Part shown: positions 1 through 10,922 of the stretch, in pieces | How the letters are laid out: each line of letters opens with the position of its first letter | Numbering within the stretch: position 1 is the stretch's first letter | From: Candidatus Wolfebacteria bacterium GW2011_GWB1_47_1 | GTDB lineage: Bacteria > Patescibacteriota > Minisyncoccia > UBA6257 > UBA9933 | DNA: 64,000 nucleotides | Assembly (NCBI GenBank): GCA_001029635.1 | Contig: CP011209.1 | Coordinates: 16,983 to 80,982 of the forward strand | Direction of reading: 5' to 3' | Position numbers and translations under genes: made by a program | Notes under the pieces: generated by a model | Told to the model about the DNA's origin: nothing | Databases searched by the model: none | Seen by the model: only the letters and a program-made list of their open reading frames with translations

Positions 1-3000
1 GCTTACCCAGTCATCTGCAAATAACTCCGCCTGCTTAAGAATAGTTTCGGTTGCTATAAGCTGTTTATCGGGCGGGTAACCAAACTTTGTAAGCGTGCGC
101 CTTACTAACACGCGTAACTTTGCTTTTACATTTTCCCTAATCGTCCAATCAACTGTTGCGCCACTACGCACCTTCTCTACTAATACCCGCGCAATCTCTC
201 GAAGTGTTGCGTCATCCATTACCTCTCGAGCACTCTCATTATTAGCGAGTGCATCATAAAACGCGAGCTCGTCATCACTCAACCCTAAATCCTCCCCTCG
301 TGCGTCTGCTATTCTTATTTCCTTTGCGAGCTCAATAAGCTCCTGTATTACTTCCGCCGCGGTAAGGAGGTTATTCTGATACTTCTTAATTGTCTTCTCC
401 AGCATTTCTGATAACTTCTTCCCTTGAATGAAGTTCTTTCGCAAACGGCCTTTAATCTCGTCATTTAAAATGCGCTTCAAAAGCTCCATTGCTACATTTT
501 GGTGCTTCATCCCCTTAACTTCTGCAAGGAAGTCGTCCGAGAGAACAGAGAGATCCGGTTTTTGAATACCGGCTGCCGCAAAAATATCTACTACTCCTTC
601 TGCCACAATCGCCTTGTCCACTATCTGTCGTATAGCTGTTTCGATATCTTCCTGCCGATTTTCAGGATTTGGATCAAACTTTATAAGTCGTGCTTTTATC
701 GCTTGAAAAAATGCTACCTCTCCTCGTATAGCAAGTGCCTCCTCGTGAGGTACTGCAATTGCAAAAATCTTTGATAATACTGTAACCTCGTGTGTAAACC
801 GTTCCTGCGCGCTCTGTGGTTTTTGCGCCTTCTTTTTAGGGCTTCCCGTTTCTTTCCCTTGATCCTTCGCGAGAATATGTTCCTGCGCCTCTAAAATAAC
901 CCCCAGCTTGCCGTAGGTATCTAATGTAAAGTAACGGCCATAATCAAAGCCGTGGAACATTTGCTTCACCACCTCATACTTCTCCAGCATTACTTCAACC
1001 GCTTTTTCCTGTGTTATAGTTGGGTCTCCCGTTCCTCCACTTTGGGTATATACTGCAAGCGCCTTTTGTAAATCAGACGCAAAGCCGATATAGTCCACAA
1101 TCAATCCTCCCGACTTATCTCGGAATACTCGGTTTACGCGCGCTATCGCCTGCATAAGATTATGCCCGCGCATCAGCTTGTCTATATACATCGTATGGAG
1201 ACACGGAATATCAAATCCCGTGAGCCACATATCACAAACAACTACCAGCTTAAGTGTATTGTTCGGGTCTTTGAAACGATCAGCGACACGGCGTCGCATT
1301 TCTTTATTTGTATTGTGTGGTTGAAACTCTTTCGGATCGGAAGAATTGGCAGTCATTACTACCTTTATCGCGCCCTTATCCAAATCATCACTATGCCACT
1401 CTGGACGAATAGCGACTATTTCTTCATACAGCTGTACTGCAATTCTTCGGCTCATCGCCACAACCATCGCTTTACCAACATTCACTTCTTGTCGCGCTTC
1501 AAAATGAGCTACGAGGTCTTTTGCAATCTCCTTCATTCGCTCTCTATTACCGACAATTGCTTCCAGTTGTGCCCATTTTGCCTTCGCCTTTTCTTTCGCA
1601 GTAAACTCCACCCCTTCGGCTACGGCTTCAACTTCTGCATCTATCTCTCTGCTCTTCTCTTCCGGTAGATGCACTTTCACTAATCGGCTTTCGTAATAAA
1701 TAGGGACGGTCGCTCCGTCTTTTACTGCATCTTGAATATCATATACATCAAGATACCCTCCAAAGACCGCCGGCGTTGATTTATCCTCGCTTTCGATTGG
1801 CGTACCGGTAAATCCTATAAATGACGCGTTGGGAAGCGCATCTCTCAGATATTTCGCATTGCCGTATCGAGTAATTGCTTCCTCGTCTTTAAATACCGTT
1901 CGCGCTGCAAATCCATATTGACTACGATGTGCTTCATCAGCAATAACAACAATGTTTTTCCTTTCAGTTAGCTGATCATATACCTCTCCCCCATCCTCGG
2001 GGAAAAACTTTTGAATAGTCGTAAACACAATTCCGCCTCCTGCCGTCTGTAATAGTTCTTTAAGATGTGTTCTGCTTTCTGCTTGTACGGGGTCTTGGCG
2101 AAGCAATCCACGGCTCCCCGCAAATGTCTCAAACAGTTGATCATCTAAATCATTTCTATCGGTAATTACCACTATGGTTGGGTTGTTAAGCGCAAGCACT
2201 ACTTTCCCTGTATAGAAAACCATCGAGAGCGACTTCCCCGATCCTTGCGTATGCCAAACAACGCCGATTTTTCGCTCGCCGTTTTCTTCTGTCGCTTGCA
2301 CTGTTGAGGCAATCGCTTTATTCACCACATAGTACTGATGATAGGCGGCGACTTTCTTAATACTTTCAACAACGACTAATCCCGTCTCTTTGTTTTCCTT
2401 TTTTGCCTTTTCAAATACCGTAAAGTTTCGGATCAAATCAAGAAGTACTGCCGGCTTGAGCATCTCCGTAACGATCGTTTCCATCTGTGGCTTTATGTTC
2501 TCGCCCTTACGCTTCTCATCCGGTGCGCGCCATACTACAAACCGTTCCCACGGCGCCGTGAGTGAACCTACGCGCGCATCTAAGCCGTCAGAAGCTATGA
2601 GGATGCCATTATAAACAAACAGCTGAGGTACAGCATCCTTATAGTTTTGCAGTTGGGTAAACGCCTTATGTACTGTCGCATTCTCGTCGGTTGCATTCTT
2701 AAGTTCTATGATTACGAGCGGAAGCCCGTTTACGAGGAGGACCACATCGGGACGCTTACTCGTATGGTCATAGGGAATGGTAAATTGATTGGCGACCACT
2801 AAGTCGTTATTTGTTATGGTATCAAAATCAATAAGATGTACTACTTCTCCCCGAGTACCCCCGTGTTCCGAGGCGACTTCCACGGTTACTCCATCGGTAA
2901 GCATTTTCTGAAACTCCTCATTACTCTCCACTAAGTGCTGTGGCAAAAGGTTAAACACCTTCTTAATGGCATCCTCCCGCGCTTCTGCGGATACAGAAGG

Positions 3001-3162
3001 GTTGATGCGAGCCACCGCCTGTTCCAAGCGACCACGTAAAATGACCTCTCGTAAGTCAGGGCGTTCAATCTCCTGATCGTCAGGCGATAAATAGGCATAG
3101 CCCTGCTTTTCCAGTATTTCTATAACCCACAGCTCTATGTCGTTTTCGTATATTTTGGTCAT
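1..3162 (-). CDS. hsdR: Type I restriction endonuclease subunit R (3' end runs off the window)
   Basis: Translated by hand, not in the ORF track. ATG at 3162 gives MTKIYENDIELWVIEILEKQGY; motifs RPDVVLLVNGLPLVIIELKN, WHTQGSGKS, IADEAHRSQYG, GFTGTP, QAIARVNR; reads ...ILKQAELFADDWVS at the edge. Confidence 0.96.
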   Translation of the reverse strand, partial: MTKIYENDIELWVIEILEKQGYAYLSPDDQEIERPDLREVILRGRLEQAVARINPSVSAEAREDAIKKVFNLLPQHLVESNEEFQKMLTDGVTVEVASEHGGTRGEVVHLIDFDTITNNDLVVANQFTIPYDHTSKRPDVVLLVNGLPLVIIELKNATDENATVHKAFTQLQNYKDAVPQLFVYNGILIASDGLDARVGSLTAPWERFVVWRAPDEKRKGENIKPQMETIVTEMLKPAVLLDLIRNFTVFEKAKKENKETGLVVVESIKKVAAYHQYYVVNKAIASTVQATEENGERKIGVVWHTQGSGKSLSMVFYTGKVVLALNNPTIVVITDRNDLDDQLFETFAGSRGLLRQDPVQAESRTHLKELLQTAGGGIVFTTIQKFFPEDGGEVYDQLTERKNIVVIADEAHRSQYGFAARTVFKDEEAITRYGNAKYLRDALPNASFIGFTGTPIESEDKSTPAVFGGYLDVYDIQDAVKDGATVPIYYESRLVKVHLPEEKSREIDAEVEAVAEGVEFTAKEKAKAKWAQLEAIVGNRERMKEIAKDLVAHFEARQEVNVGKAMVVAMSRRIAVQLYEEIVAIRPEWHSDDLDKGAIKVVMTANSSDPKEFQPHNTNKEMRRRVADRFKDPNNTLKLVVVCDMWLTGFDIPCLHTMYIDKLMRGHNLMQAIARVNRVFRDKSGGLIVDYIGFASDLQKALAVYTQSGGTGDPTITQEKAVEVMLEKYEVVKQMFHGFDYGRYFTLDTYGKLGVILEAQEHILAKDQGKETGSPKKKAQKPQSAQERFTHEVTVLSKIFAIAVPHEEALAIRGEVAFFQAIKARLIKFDPNPENRQEDIETAIRQIVDKAIVAEGVVDIFAAAGIQKPDLSVLSDDFLAEVKGMKHQNVAMELLKRILNDEIKGRLRKNFIQGKKLSEMLEKTIKKYQNNLLTAAEVIQELIELAKEIRIADARGEDLGLSDDELAFYDALANNESAREVMDDATLREIARVLVEKVRSGATVDWTIRENVKAKLRVLVRRTLTKFGYPPDKQLIATETILKQAELFADDWVS

Positions 3163-3164
3163 AG

Positions 3165-5387
3165 TTAACTTTCAGTAATTGATTGCTTCAGTATATCAAA
3201 ATGCTCAGGAAATGTTGCATCCATCATCTCAAGTAAATATTTAACATTTTTTTGAGTTTCAGGTACTAAGGATGGGTCAAATCCGCCTCCCGTAATATGC
3301 GATTGATCATTTGTAAATTTATATATTGCAGTTTTCTTAATTTCATCAAAATTCAATCTTTTAAGCTTGCTGAATGTTTTCTCACTATTAGGAACCCTAA
3401 ACATTAAGAATGTTTCCAAGACCTTTCTTGCAACATTCGGTATATGATAGACAGAGACAATACTGCCGTCTATTTCTAGTTCAAGTAAAATCTTACAAAG
3501 GTAGTGATACTCACTTTCATGATCAATCAGCAGCGGATCTATTTTTTTAATTTCTGCTATTCTTTCATTGTTTAAAACTTTATTTCCTATCATAAAATAG
3601 GGCTTACTTTGCTTTTGATAAAAATAATTAAGCCAATTTATTAACAATCTAAGAAAATCAAAATTATGTGTAAATATAAATACCTGCTTTGCATTTTCCA
3701 CACTATTCTTTAAAAATGCGAATGCCTGAAATAGAGAGTTTGCATCCATACTAGAGACGGGATCGTCTATTACTATTATCCCATCTTTAACATTAAATCC
3801 CTGATCGTTTAGATGGACTGTAAAATATACAAATGCAATCGCCGTCTTCTCTCCTTCGCTTAAATTTTTTGCAATCTTACCACTTCTTTTAATTTCATAT
3901 CCCCCATGTGGAGATACTTCAAAAGTAATTTCCTTCCTCCCTAAAAATATTTCCAGTTTTCTATTTAATTCTTCGCATGCTTTATGCTCAGAAGATATAG
4001 TTGCCTTATTTTTTTCTATCTTTTGAGATAATTCTATTATCCCTAATACTTGTTCATCACCATCAATTATCTTCTTTATTTTTGTATCACAATTTTCAAT
4101 ACCCTTTTCTAAATCTTTTACTGTTTGAAAAATTTCACTCAAGTAATGGTTTTCTAGTTTCTTTTGAGCTTCATCTCGTTGGTTTTGGAAATTAGCAGTT
4201 TTTCCATTATGCCCTTGGATTGTTTTGTTTATTTCCTCAATACTCTTCTCAAGTTTGTTACTTATGGTAAACTCTAAATCAATCCTTTCGGTCGTTTTCG
4301 TTTTTTTGTCTTCGAGTATTCTAATTAAATCACCCAGCTCTCCCAATAAATTTATTCTTTCTTTGTTAAAAGTTGTAAGCCTAGATACATACTCTGTTTG
4401 AAATTCCGTATATAAATTTGCCTTATCAACAGGAACTATCTCCTCTATAAATCTAAAAAATCCCTTTATTTGTTCTATGCTCCTATTTAAGGAAGCCTTA
4501 AGCTCCTGGTCTTCTTTATTAAAATAATTGACCAATTCCTGCATTCGGCTCTCGGGCATGAATTGACCGCAAAATTCACAACTACCATTACCATGCTTTA
4601 AATGCAATGCAAGTCCATCTTCAACCCATCGCGAGATGTCGATGTTTTGTTTTAATCTTTCAATAACTAGAATTTCAACTGTTTGCGCACATAGATTTTT
4701 ACTTTCCTGAATAATAGGATTTAGTGCCTGAAGAAAGCTAAATGTGTCTATTTCTGGGATGCTCACTTTTTCTTCTTGCTTTAATGCAAGAAGACATCCA
4801 TTTATATCTTCGTCGCCTAAGAGTTCCGGCTTAATAAGGGCGGCAAATGCCTTTTCAGCATCCGGCTTTCGATAATTTCTCAACGAAGATCCACTTGTGT
4901 TCGCACCAATAACCTTTGCGACGTCGGTAAACTTATTACCTTTTTCGGTTTCTTTTTTCTCCTTTAGCTTTTCCTGTTCGTTTTTACTATTATTCAGCTC
5001 CTTTAATAAGGTTTCGTCCTTTTCTATCTGCTCAGCTATATCTTTGTTTTCTTCTCCTAAAATAAAGATGGGCTTTGTCTTAGATCCCGCAATTTCAATA
5101 TTATTTTCAATATAATCCTGATTAAAAACCCTAATTTTTTTATCAAACTTTTCACCGTTCTTAAACGTCGCCGTTTCTGAACTAATTTCATATTCTAAAT
5201 TTGGAAACTCTGATAATGATCCACTTTCTATGGCGGCAAATAATTTAGTTAGCGTTGTCTTTCCTGTTCCGTTCCACCCATAAAATATATTGTATCTCTC
5301 AAAATCAGCTAAAACCCCGCTATCCCATTGATAGTTCGAAAAAATGCCGAGATTTTTTATTTTTTTAATCTTTTTAATCATGCCCAT
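3165..5387 (-). CDS. RloC-like ABC-ATPase/zinc-hook/HEPN protein (AAA_13; putative anticodon nuclease)
   Basis: Walker A GWNGTGKT, coiled coil with CEFC hook, LSEGEK signature, Walker B IVIDDPVSS, FTHN H-loop, C-terminal NVARKVLE and NDQSH; lies between hsdS and hsdR. Confidence 0.85.
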   Translation of the reverse strand: MGMIKKIKKIKNLGIFSNYQWDSGVLADFERYNIFYGWNGTGKTTLTKLFAAIESGSLSEFPNLEYEISSETATFKNGEKFDKKIRVFNQDYIENNIEIAGSKTKPIFILGEENKDIAEQIEKDETLLKELNNSKNEQEKLKEKKETEKGNKFTDVAKVIGANTSGSSLRNYRKPDAEKAFAALIKPELLGDEDINGCLLALKQEEKVSIPEIDTFSFLQALNPIIQESKNLCAQTVEILVIERLKQNIDISRWVEDGLALHLKHGNGSCEFCGQFMPESRMQELVNYFNKEDQELKASLNRSIEQIKGFFRFIEEIVPVDKANLYTEFQTEYVSRLTTFNKERINLLGELGDLIRILEDKKTKTTERIDLEFTISNKLEKSIEEINKTIQGHNGKTANFQNQRDEAQKKLENHYLSEIFQTVKDLEKGIENCDTKIKKIIDGDEQVLGIIELSQKIEKNKATISSEHKACEELNRKLEIFLGRKEITFEVSPHGGYEIKRSGKIAKNLSEGEKTAIAFVYFTVHLNDQGFNVKDGIIVIDDPVSSMDANSLFQAFAFLKNSVENAKQVFIFTHNFDFLRLLINWLNYFYQKQSKPYFMIGNKVLNNERIAEIKKIDPLLIDHESEYHYLCKILLELEIDGSIVSVYHIPNVARKVLETFLMFRVPNSEKTFSKLKRLNFDEIKKTAIYKFTNDQSHITGGGFDPSLVPETQKNVKYLLEMMDATFPEHFDILKQSITES

Positions 5388-5397
5388 CCTTTTATAA

Positions 5398-6591
5398 TCA
5401 AAATTCCTTTACTCGCACTTCTCCACTTATCAGCTTTGGTAATAATACATCCCTAATATCGCCAAGCTGTTCCATTTGCAATGAGTTGCTTGCTATAGAC
5501 CTAAAGCAAGTTTCGACAAATCCAGCGAATATATCTAAAGTTTTCTTATCTGGCACAACTACTGGATAACCTCTGAGCATCTCTACTTGTACGCGCTGTC
5601 TACCCGATGTACCACTCATCATTTTTATTGCGAAATTGCGAAAAGAAGTATTGCGAGCAAGTAAATATCCATATTCCGAAGGAAGGGGCTTCTTTACTCT
5701 TATAACAATGAATTCGGTAGAACCCCATGCACTCACTCCCTCTGGCAAACACTGGATAAAAGCTGTTTTCCCATTTTCTAAACAGGGAGTGATCCGCGCA
5801 AAAAGAGTATCTCCATTACGAAATCTTGATCCCGAAGAAAATTTGCGCATCAATGGCTTCTCCGTCCAACTCCCTTGTATGGGCAATGCAGACATATCAA
5901 GATAAGGAATTTCCCCGTCCTTTTGAACCACTTCTGATGGATTTAGCTCAATAACATCTTTAAGTTGAGTTAAGTGCCACCCCTTTGGTAATTCTTTGCC
6001 TTTCTCAAACCATTCGTTAAAAATTGCTTGTGCGGTAGCTTCGAGAGTTTTGTTCTGTTTTCGTAGTAATTCTATTTTGTTATCCAAGCTTAAAAGTACT
6101 CCTGCTATTTCTTTTTGTTCTGTTATTGGAGGGAGTTTAATTTCTAAACTCCTCATTAAAGAAGCGGACGCCTCACTAAAAGTAGATCCTGATGAAAGTT
6201 TTTCTATACGATTGCTATTATTTTTTAGCCAATAGTAGATAAAAAGATAGTGCGTATTCTTTTCATCGCATATTATATTTTTAAACCCCTGATTTGTAGT
6301 TAGCTCATTACCCGCAATTGCTACGTATCCTATGGGCGCACGAGACGAAAATAAAACCGTATTTTTAGGAAGCATTTGCGCTGAGGAGTTTCTAATACCC
6401 TCTTCAGTTATATTCCTTTCTCCACGAGTAATATAAACGCCTTTAAAGCTTGAGAGATCTTTAGGCGTTATCCATGCGATATCTCCTCCCCAATATGTTA
6501 CCTCTTTTGTAGAGGGCGTAGCCCCACTAGCAATTTTAGCAACGTCCCCAAGTGTAGTTTCGACCCAATCGCCAATAGCTGCATTCTTCAT
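5398..6591 (-). CDS. hsdS: Type I R-M specificity subunit
   Basis: Two TRDs ([21 protein letters not shown]; [17 protein letters not shown]) joined by [11 protein letters not shown]; C-terminal [15 protein letters not shown]. Confidence 0.95.
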   Translation of the reverse strand: MKNAAIGDWVETTLGDVAKIASGATPSTKEVTYWGGDIAWITPKDLSSFKGVYITRGERNITEEGIRNSSAQMLPKNTVLFSSRAPIGYVAIAGNELTTNQGFKNIICDEKNTHYLFIYYWLKNNSNRIEKLSSGSTFSEASASLMRSLEIKLPPITEQKEIAGVLLSLDNKIELLRKQNKTLEATAQAIFNEWFEKGKELPKGWHLTQLKDVIELNPSEVVQKDGEIPYLDMSALPIQGSWTEKPLMRKFSSGSRFRNGDTLFARITPCLENGKTAFIQCLPEGVSAWGSTEFIVIRVKKPLPSEYGYLLARNTSFRNFAIKMMSGTSGRQRVQVEMLRGYPVVVPDKKTLDIFAGFVETCFRSIASNSLQMEQLGDIRDVLLPKLISGEVRVKEF

Positions 6592-8153
6592 ATTTCAAAT
6601 CCAACCTTTTTTAATTGGTTTTTTATCTCCATATTTATATCCTCCTCCTCGGCAATTTGTCCCTTAAGAGTAGTGGTGAGGCGTTTCATTTTCTCTTCAA
6701 ACGGCTCACTGTCTATTTTTCCGTCTGCAATGCCCGCATATCTTCCGGGGGTAAGGACATAGCCGTGCTTCTGCACATCCGCAAACGTTGCTGACTTACA
6801 AAATCCTTTTATGTCTTCGTATTTATTGTCCTTCTGTCGCCATTCGTGATATGTTCCCGCGATCTTTTGTATATCTTCTTCAGTAAATTCCTTATGCGTA
6901 CTGTCTGCCATAAAGCCCATTTCCGACGCGTCAATAAAGAGAAGCTCTCCAGTTCGCTTTCTATCTCCGTTCCCTAAACGCTTGCGCGAAATAAACCAAA
7001 GACACGCAGGAATACCCGTATTATAAAATAGTTGCTTTGGAAGTGATACGATACAATCCACTAAATCCTCATCGACAAGTTTCTGGCGTATTTCCCCCTC
7101 CCCGCTTTGATTGGACGACAAAGAGCCGTTCGAGAGAACGGTTGCCATTACTCCTTTTGGTGCGAGGTGGTGGATCATATGCTCTATCCACGCAAAGTTT
7201 GCATTGCCGTCTGGAGGAAGCCCATATTTCCATCGCGCATCTCCTTTTAGAATATCCCATCCCCAGTCGCTTTGATTAAATGGTGGATTGGCGAGAATAT
7301 AATCTGCTTTTAAGTCCGGATGTGCATCTTTTAAGAATGATCCCTCACTATTCCAAGCTACTTGCGATCCATCTATACCACGCAAGGCGAGGTTCATTCG
7401 GCATAAGCGGTATGTGGTGTGGTTACTTTCCTGTCCGTAAATAGAAATATCTTCCATTCGTCCACGGTGTGCGACCACAAACTTTTCACTCATTACAAAC
7501 ATACCTCCCGAGCCACACGCAGGGTCATATACGCGCCCTGAAAGAGGCTCTATCATTTCAACCATAAGCTCAACGATGCTTCGTGGGGTATAGAACTGCC
7601 CGCCCTTTTTGCCTTCAAGAGATGCAAATTCACCAAGAAAATACTCATATACGCGACCGATAAGGTCTTTTGATTTCTCGCTTTCGATACCGAGCGCAAC
7701 ATCCGCGATAAGATCAACCAGTCCACCGAGTGCTGCTTTATCCAAATTCGGTTTTGCGTATTCCTTTGGCAATATCCCTTTCAGCGTTGGGTTTACCTTC
7801 TCGATAGCTTCCATTGCCGCGTCCAAGTCCTTACCGATACTCGGAAGCTTTGCCCGTGAGTGGAGATGCGTCCATCGCGCTTCTACTGGTACATAAAATA
7901 CATTTTCTGCTTTGTATTCATCCTGATCTTCGGGGTCTGCTCCTTCGTATTCACCTTTACCTTCTGAGAGTTTTTCGTAATGCACATCAAACGCATCCGA
8001 TATGTACTTTAAAAAAATAAGTCCAAGCACGATATGCTTGTACTCTGCTGCATCTATATTCTTTCTGAGCTTGTCGGCCGCCTTAAAAAGTTGGGCCTCA
8101 AAGTGCCCACTTCCTTGATTTGCATTCTTTTTAGTCTTCTTCTGTTCTTCCAT
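6588..8153 (-). CDS. hsdM: Type I R-M N6-adenine methyltransferase
   Basis: [15 protein letters not shown] and NPPF motifs; 4-bp overlap with hsdS. Confidence 0.97.
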   Translation of the reverse strand: MEEQKKTKKNANQGSGHFEAQLFKAADKLRKNIDAAEYKHIVLGLIFLKYISDAFDVHYEKLSEGKGEYEGADPEDQDEYKAENVFYVPVEARWTHLHSRAKLPSIGKDLDAAMEAIEKVNPTLKGILPKEYAKPNLDKAALGGLVDLIADVALGIESEKSKDLIGRVYEYFLGEFASLEGKKGGQFYTPRSIVELMVEMIEPLSGRVYDPACGSGGMFVMSEKFVVAHRGRMEDISIYGQESNHTTYRLCRMNLALRGIDGSQVAWNSEGSFLKDAHPDLKADYILANPPFNQSDWGWDILKGDARWKYGLPPDGNANFAWIEHMIHHLAPKGVMATVLSNGSLSSNQSGEGEIRQKLVDEDLVDCIVSLPKQLFYNTGIPACLWFISRKRLGNGDRKRTGELLFIDASEMGFMADSTHKEFTEEDIQKIAGTYHEWRQKDNKYEDIKGFCKSATFADVQKHGYVLTPGRYAGIADGKIDSEPFEEKMKRLTTTLKGQIAEEEDINMEIKNQLKKVGFEI

Positions 8154-8242
8154 AAGGGTCTGAGCCCTTCTCTATTGGGGCTTAAAGTTCCTACTATTTT
8201 ACCACATTTTGCTTATTTTTTCCAGTGAAATATGGGGTGTGT

Positions 8243-8548
8243 TCACCTTTTCACTTCCCATCCTTTCCTCCTGTAGCACTCTCTCATCTCCTCAATAAAT
8301 TCACCCGTAGGGCGAATATGTCCTCCCATCTCTAAGGTTTTAATAGTACTGTATGCTTTCAATTCTTCGAGGCAATATTTTGCCTTTTCGGGTAATTCTC
8401 TTTTTTCTATTTTGGGTAGTTGAAGAAGAAACAATTCATATATAAGAAACCCCATCATTATAACAACCAACGCCAAAAGCCACATGACTGGGGCGCTCTT
8501 TACTCCCCCGCCTTCCTCTTCTGTGTTTTGTGGCTCTTTTGATGTCAT
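8243..8548 (-). CDS. Hypothetical membrane-anchored protein
   Basis: 101 aa with one TM helix; in a co-oriented run of island genes. Confidence 0.65.
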   Translation of the reverse strand: MTSKEPQNTEEEGGGVKSAPVMWLLALVVIMMGFLIYELFLLQLPKIEKRELPEKAKYCLEELKAYSTIKTLEMGGHIRPTGEFIEEMRECYRRKGWEVKR

Positions 8549-8568
8549 TATCTATCCCTTTAGGTCTT

Positions 8569-9108
8569 TTACATCGATGAATATTGATCGTCATTAGGAA
8601 TTGGCTGATGTTGCTCCTGAGTTCCTTCAAAAATATCCGCTCCGCCCCCGTAAGGTATATATGCCGATGATACTCGCTCCTCATCCTCCTTTGATCTTTG
8701 AGATGGTGCACTTGGGATTTCCGCAAGTTGCTCCTTGAGCCGCTGGAAAACTTCTTTCGGTGTATTCTTAATATCCCAAAATATAGGCTTTTGCTCCGGC
8801 TTTATCTGAGTTAACTCCTCCGATGTCATAGGTCTACGCCTACCCCACTCATCAAATCCTCGTAATTCGAGCTCTCTAATGACCGCAGGACTACTAAAAA
8901 CCTTATGTGGGGCATCAACAACACTTTCCCTATATCCTGCCTCTCTTAAGGCCTTTGCCTTGCTTTTAAAGCCACCTACTTGCCAGCAATCTAATGCTTT
9001 TATTTGCATTGGGCTTATTTTTCGTACGATCTTCTCCATATCATATATAGTACCACCTTTCGCTAAATATGCCTTTATCGTGTCGCGCTCTGCCCATTTT
9101 CCTACCAT
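8569..9108 (-). CDS. Hypothetical protein with a terminase-small-subunit-like HTH motif
   Basis: KAKALREAGYRESVVDAPHKVFSSPAVIREL resembles the AA.RAGYS...P.I motif of TerS N-termini; GGGGGG/AGGTAGG upstream. Confidence 0.55.
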   Translation of the reverse strand: MVGKWAERDTIKAYLAKGGTIYDMEKIVRKISPMQIKALDCWQVGGFKSKAKALREAGYRESVVDAPHKVFSSPAVIRELELRGFDEWGRRRPMTSEELTQIKPEQKPIFWDIKNTPKEVFQRLKEQLAEIPSAPSQRSKEDEERVSSAYIPYGGGADIFEGTQEQHQPIPNDDQYSSM

Positions 9109-9177
9109 TTCCTACCTAATACCCCCCCTATCTACTCCTCGATATTGCATAATTTAACCTCATAGGGTAGCGCCCTA

Positions 9178-9735
9178 TCATGCGTTAAATCCGCTGTTAA
9201 TATATTCGTACCCTTCAATCCTTCGCGCGTCAGTTATTGATGTGTGTGATTTTTCGAAGATTTTAGTAAGTGAATTGAGTATCAGCCATTCTGGATCCTT
9301 ATTTTCCTGCTTATAAATATATATGAGGGATTTGTATATATCCTGCTTCCACTCGCTTATCGCAGTCCATATATCTTGCAATCCTATACTATTCCCTTCT
9401 TTAAGAAACGTCAGCCGATATTGCGTAATGTCTTCCCCGAGAAAACCGCGTATTTGTTCAAACTCCATATCTAATAAGCCAAGGTCTATCTCTGTTTCTT
9501 CGGAGAAGTAGTCATTGTATGCATGTTTTGCAAACTCACCCACAATAACTGCCGTAGCAACAGCATACATAAAACTCGAAGCGCTTTCGGCTCCTCCTTG
9601 TATCAAGAACTGCTCGTTCTCTGAGAGCTTTTGCTCTACTTCGTAGCCCCATTTGGCACATCGACCAATAAGCTCCCCGTCAGAATAATCAAGGATTTCC
9701 CTGTATACCTTTTTGTATAATTCTTGTCCTTCCAT
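9178..9735 (-). CDS. Hypothetical acidic protein
   Basis: 185-aa ORF tightly packed between co-oriented genes. Confidence 0.7.
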   Translation of the reverse strand: MEGQELYKKVYREILDYSDGELIGRCAKWGYEVEQKLSENEQFLIQGGAESASSFMYAVATAVIVGEFAKHAYNDYFSEETEIDLGLLDMEFEQIRGFLGEDITQYRLTFLKEGNSIGLQDIWTAISEWKQDIYKSLIYIYKQENKDPEWLILNSLTKIFEKSHTSITDARRIEGYEYINSGFNA

Positions 9736-9747
9736 AAAAGTGCATAT

Positions 9748-10701
9748 TTACTCACATCTAACGCTTGTTTGCGCTGTGCCATTCACAATACCACCGCTAT
9801 ATTGGGTGGTAGACCAACATTGAGTAGCCTTTTGTGGTGCTGGGATTTGTTGTGACTGCTGCTCAATTTGAAGCAACTGCTGACTTACAGACAAAAAAAT
9901 ACTCTTTGTAGCAACTAAACTGTCAATGTATTTCAATGACTGAGAAAAACTATCGGCTTTTTGCTGCTCAAATTTCTGCGCAGCAGTGTTAAACTTTATT
10001 ACCAACCCCAAGAAACGATTTATCTCCTCATTCCCCATAGACAGAACCTTTGATAAATTAGCAGGAGTAGTCCCCTGATCTATTATCCCTTTTATTTCTG
10101 AAGTCATTTCGTATTGCTTCTTTACCTCCGTCTCTAATGGCTCATACAGCGTATTGTAATCCGTTTGCGCACTTTGTATGTATTTTGTGAATTTATTTGC
10201 ATCACTTAGGGCGAAGTTCTTTATCCCTATATCACTTGCCGTATCCGCAAAATCATTTAACAAATCGGCTCTGGCTTGAGCGGAGCTTTTTGCATACGAG
10301 ATATAATTATTCTTAGTTGTTCGAATTGCCCTTAAGAGGGTGCCGAAGTCTTCAATCTGCTGATCTAATTGGCTCAATTTGTCCATATCAGACATCACTT
10401 CCTTTACCAAATCGTCTGCTTTTTTAGTATTAGTGCTCTCCTGCTTTGTGGGTGCGATAATTTTCTGCGTTCCCTGTTCTTTTATTATTCCTTCTCCGCT
10501 TTTGATTTCTTGTACAGCACCGGAAGTTGAGACCTCTTCGCGATTTAAGGGAACCGTGCTCAAAGCTGTCTTTTTATTTATTTCTTCTTGCTTACTATTC
10601 TTTGCCCCTACAAAATAATAGCTCGTTCCCAGTATGGCCAAAATGCCCACAGCCATAAGCACTACTACCGGAACCTGTATAAAACCTTTTATTGATTTCA
10701 T
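9748..10701 (-). CDS. Hypothetical exported/membrane-anchored helical protein
   Basis: N-terminal KGF followed by a hydrophobic helix (prepilin-like), long helical region, C-terminal Cys pair. Confidence 0.7.
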   Translation of the reverse strand: MKSIKGFIQVPVVVLMAVGILAILGTSYYFVGAKNSKQEEINKKTALSTVPLNREEVSTSGAVQEIKSGEGIIKEQGTQKIIAPTKQESTNTKKADDLVKEVMSDMDKLSQLDQQIEDFGTLLRAIRTTKNNYISYAKSSAQARADLLNDFADTASDIGIKNFALSDANKFTKYIQSAQTDYNTLYEPLETEVKKQYEMTSEIKGIIDQGTTPANLSKVLSMGNEEINRFLGLVIKFNTAAQKFEQQKADSFSQSLKYIDSLVATKSIFLSVSQQLLQIEQQSQQIPAPQKATQCWSTTQYSGGIVNGTAQTSVRCE

Positions 10702-10751
10702 TATGGTGATTATTTGCTTACTATTACCGTTAATTTATTCCGGACGTGGGT

Positions 10752-10922
10752 AAACAAAAAACCCACCACCAGATAGGCCTTACGGCCATATGCAAGTTTC
10801 CCTGCATAACGCAACAAGCGATCCTGATGATGGGATCTTTAAGCTTGTTGCGATTTTGCACCATACCTATCGCCGAGGCGGTAGGGTTAGGCACTTGCCC
10901 TTGCGGGCTCTATTCGGTTGTT
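10752..10922 (-). ncRNA. Putative structured RNA (leader or sRNA) with three GNRA hairpins and a terminator/pseudoknot option
   Basis: Minus strand: GCCC-GCAA-GGGC, CGCAACAAGC/GCUUGUUGCG stem, UGCAGG-GAAA-CUUGCA, GGCC-GUAA-GGCC, CCCAUCAUCAG/CUGGUGGUGGG then U6; TATAAT at 10929-10934. Confidence 0.6.

Noticed and set aside
499-2614. Plus-strand ORFs 499-774, 1162-1668 and 2390-2614
   Set aside because: They are antisense shadows of hsdR, which fills 1-3162 on the minus strand. The same applies to most short ORFs opposite recognised genes.
5398-6591. Phase-variable or invertible hsdS
   Set aside because: Single hsdS, with no simple-sequence tract, silent TRD copies or invertase seen.
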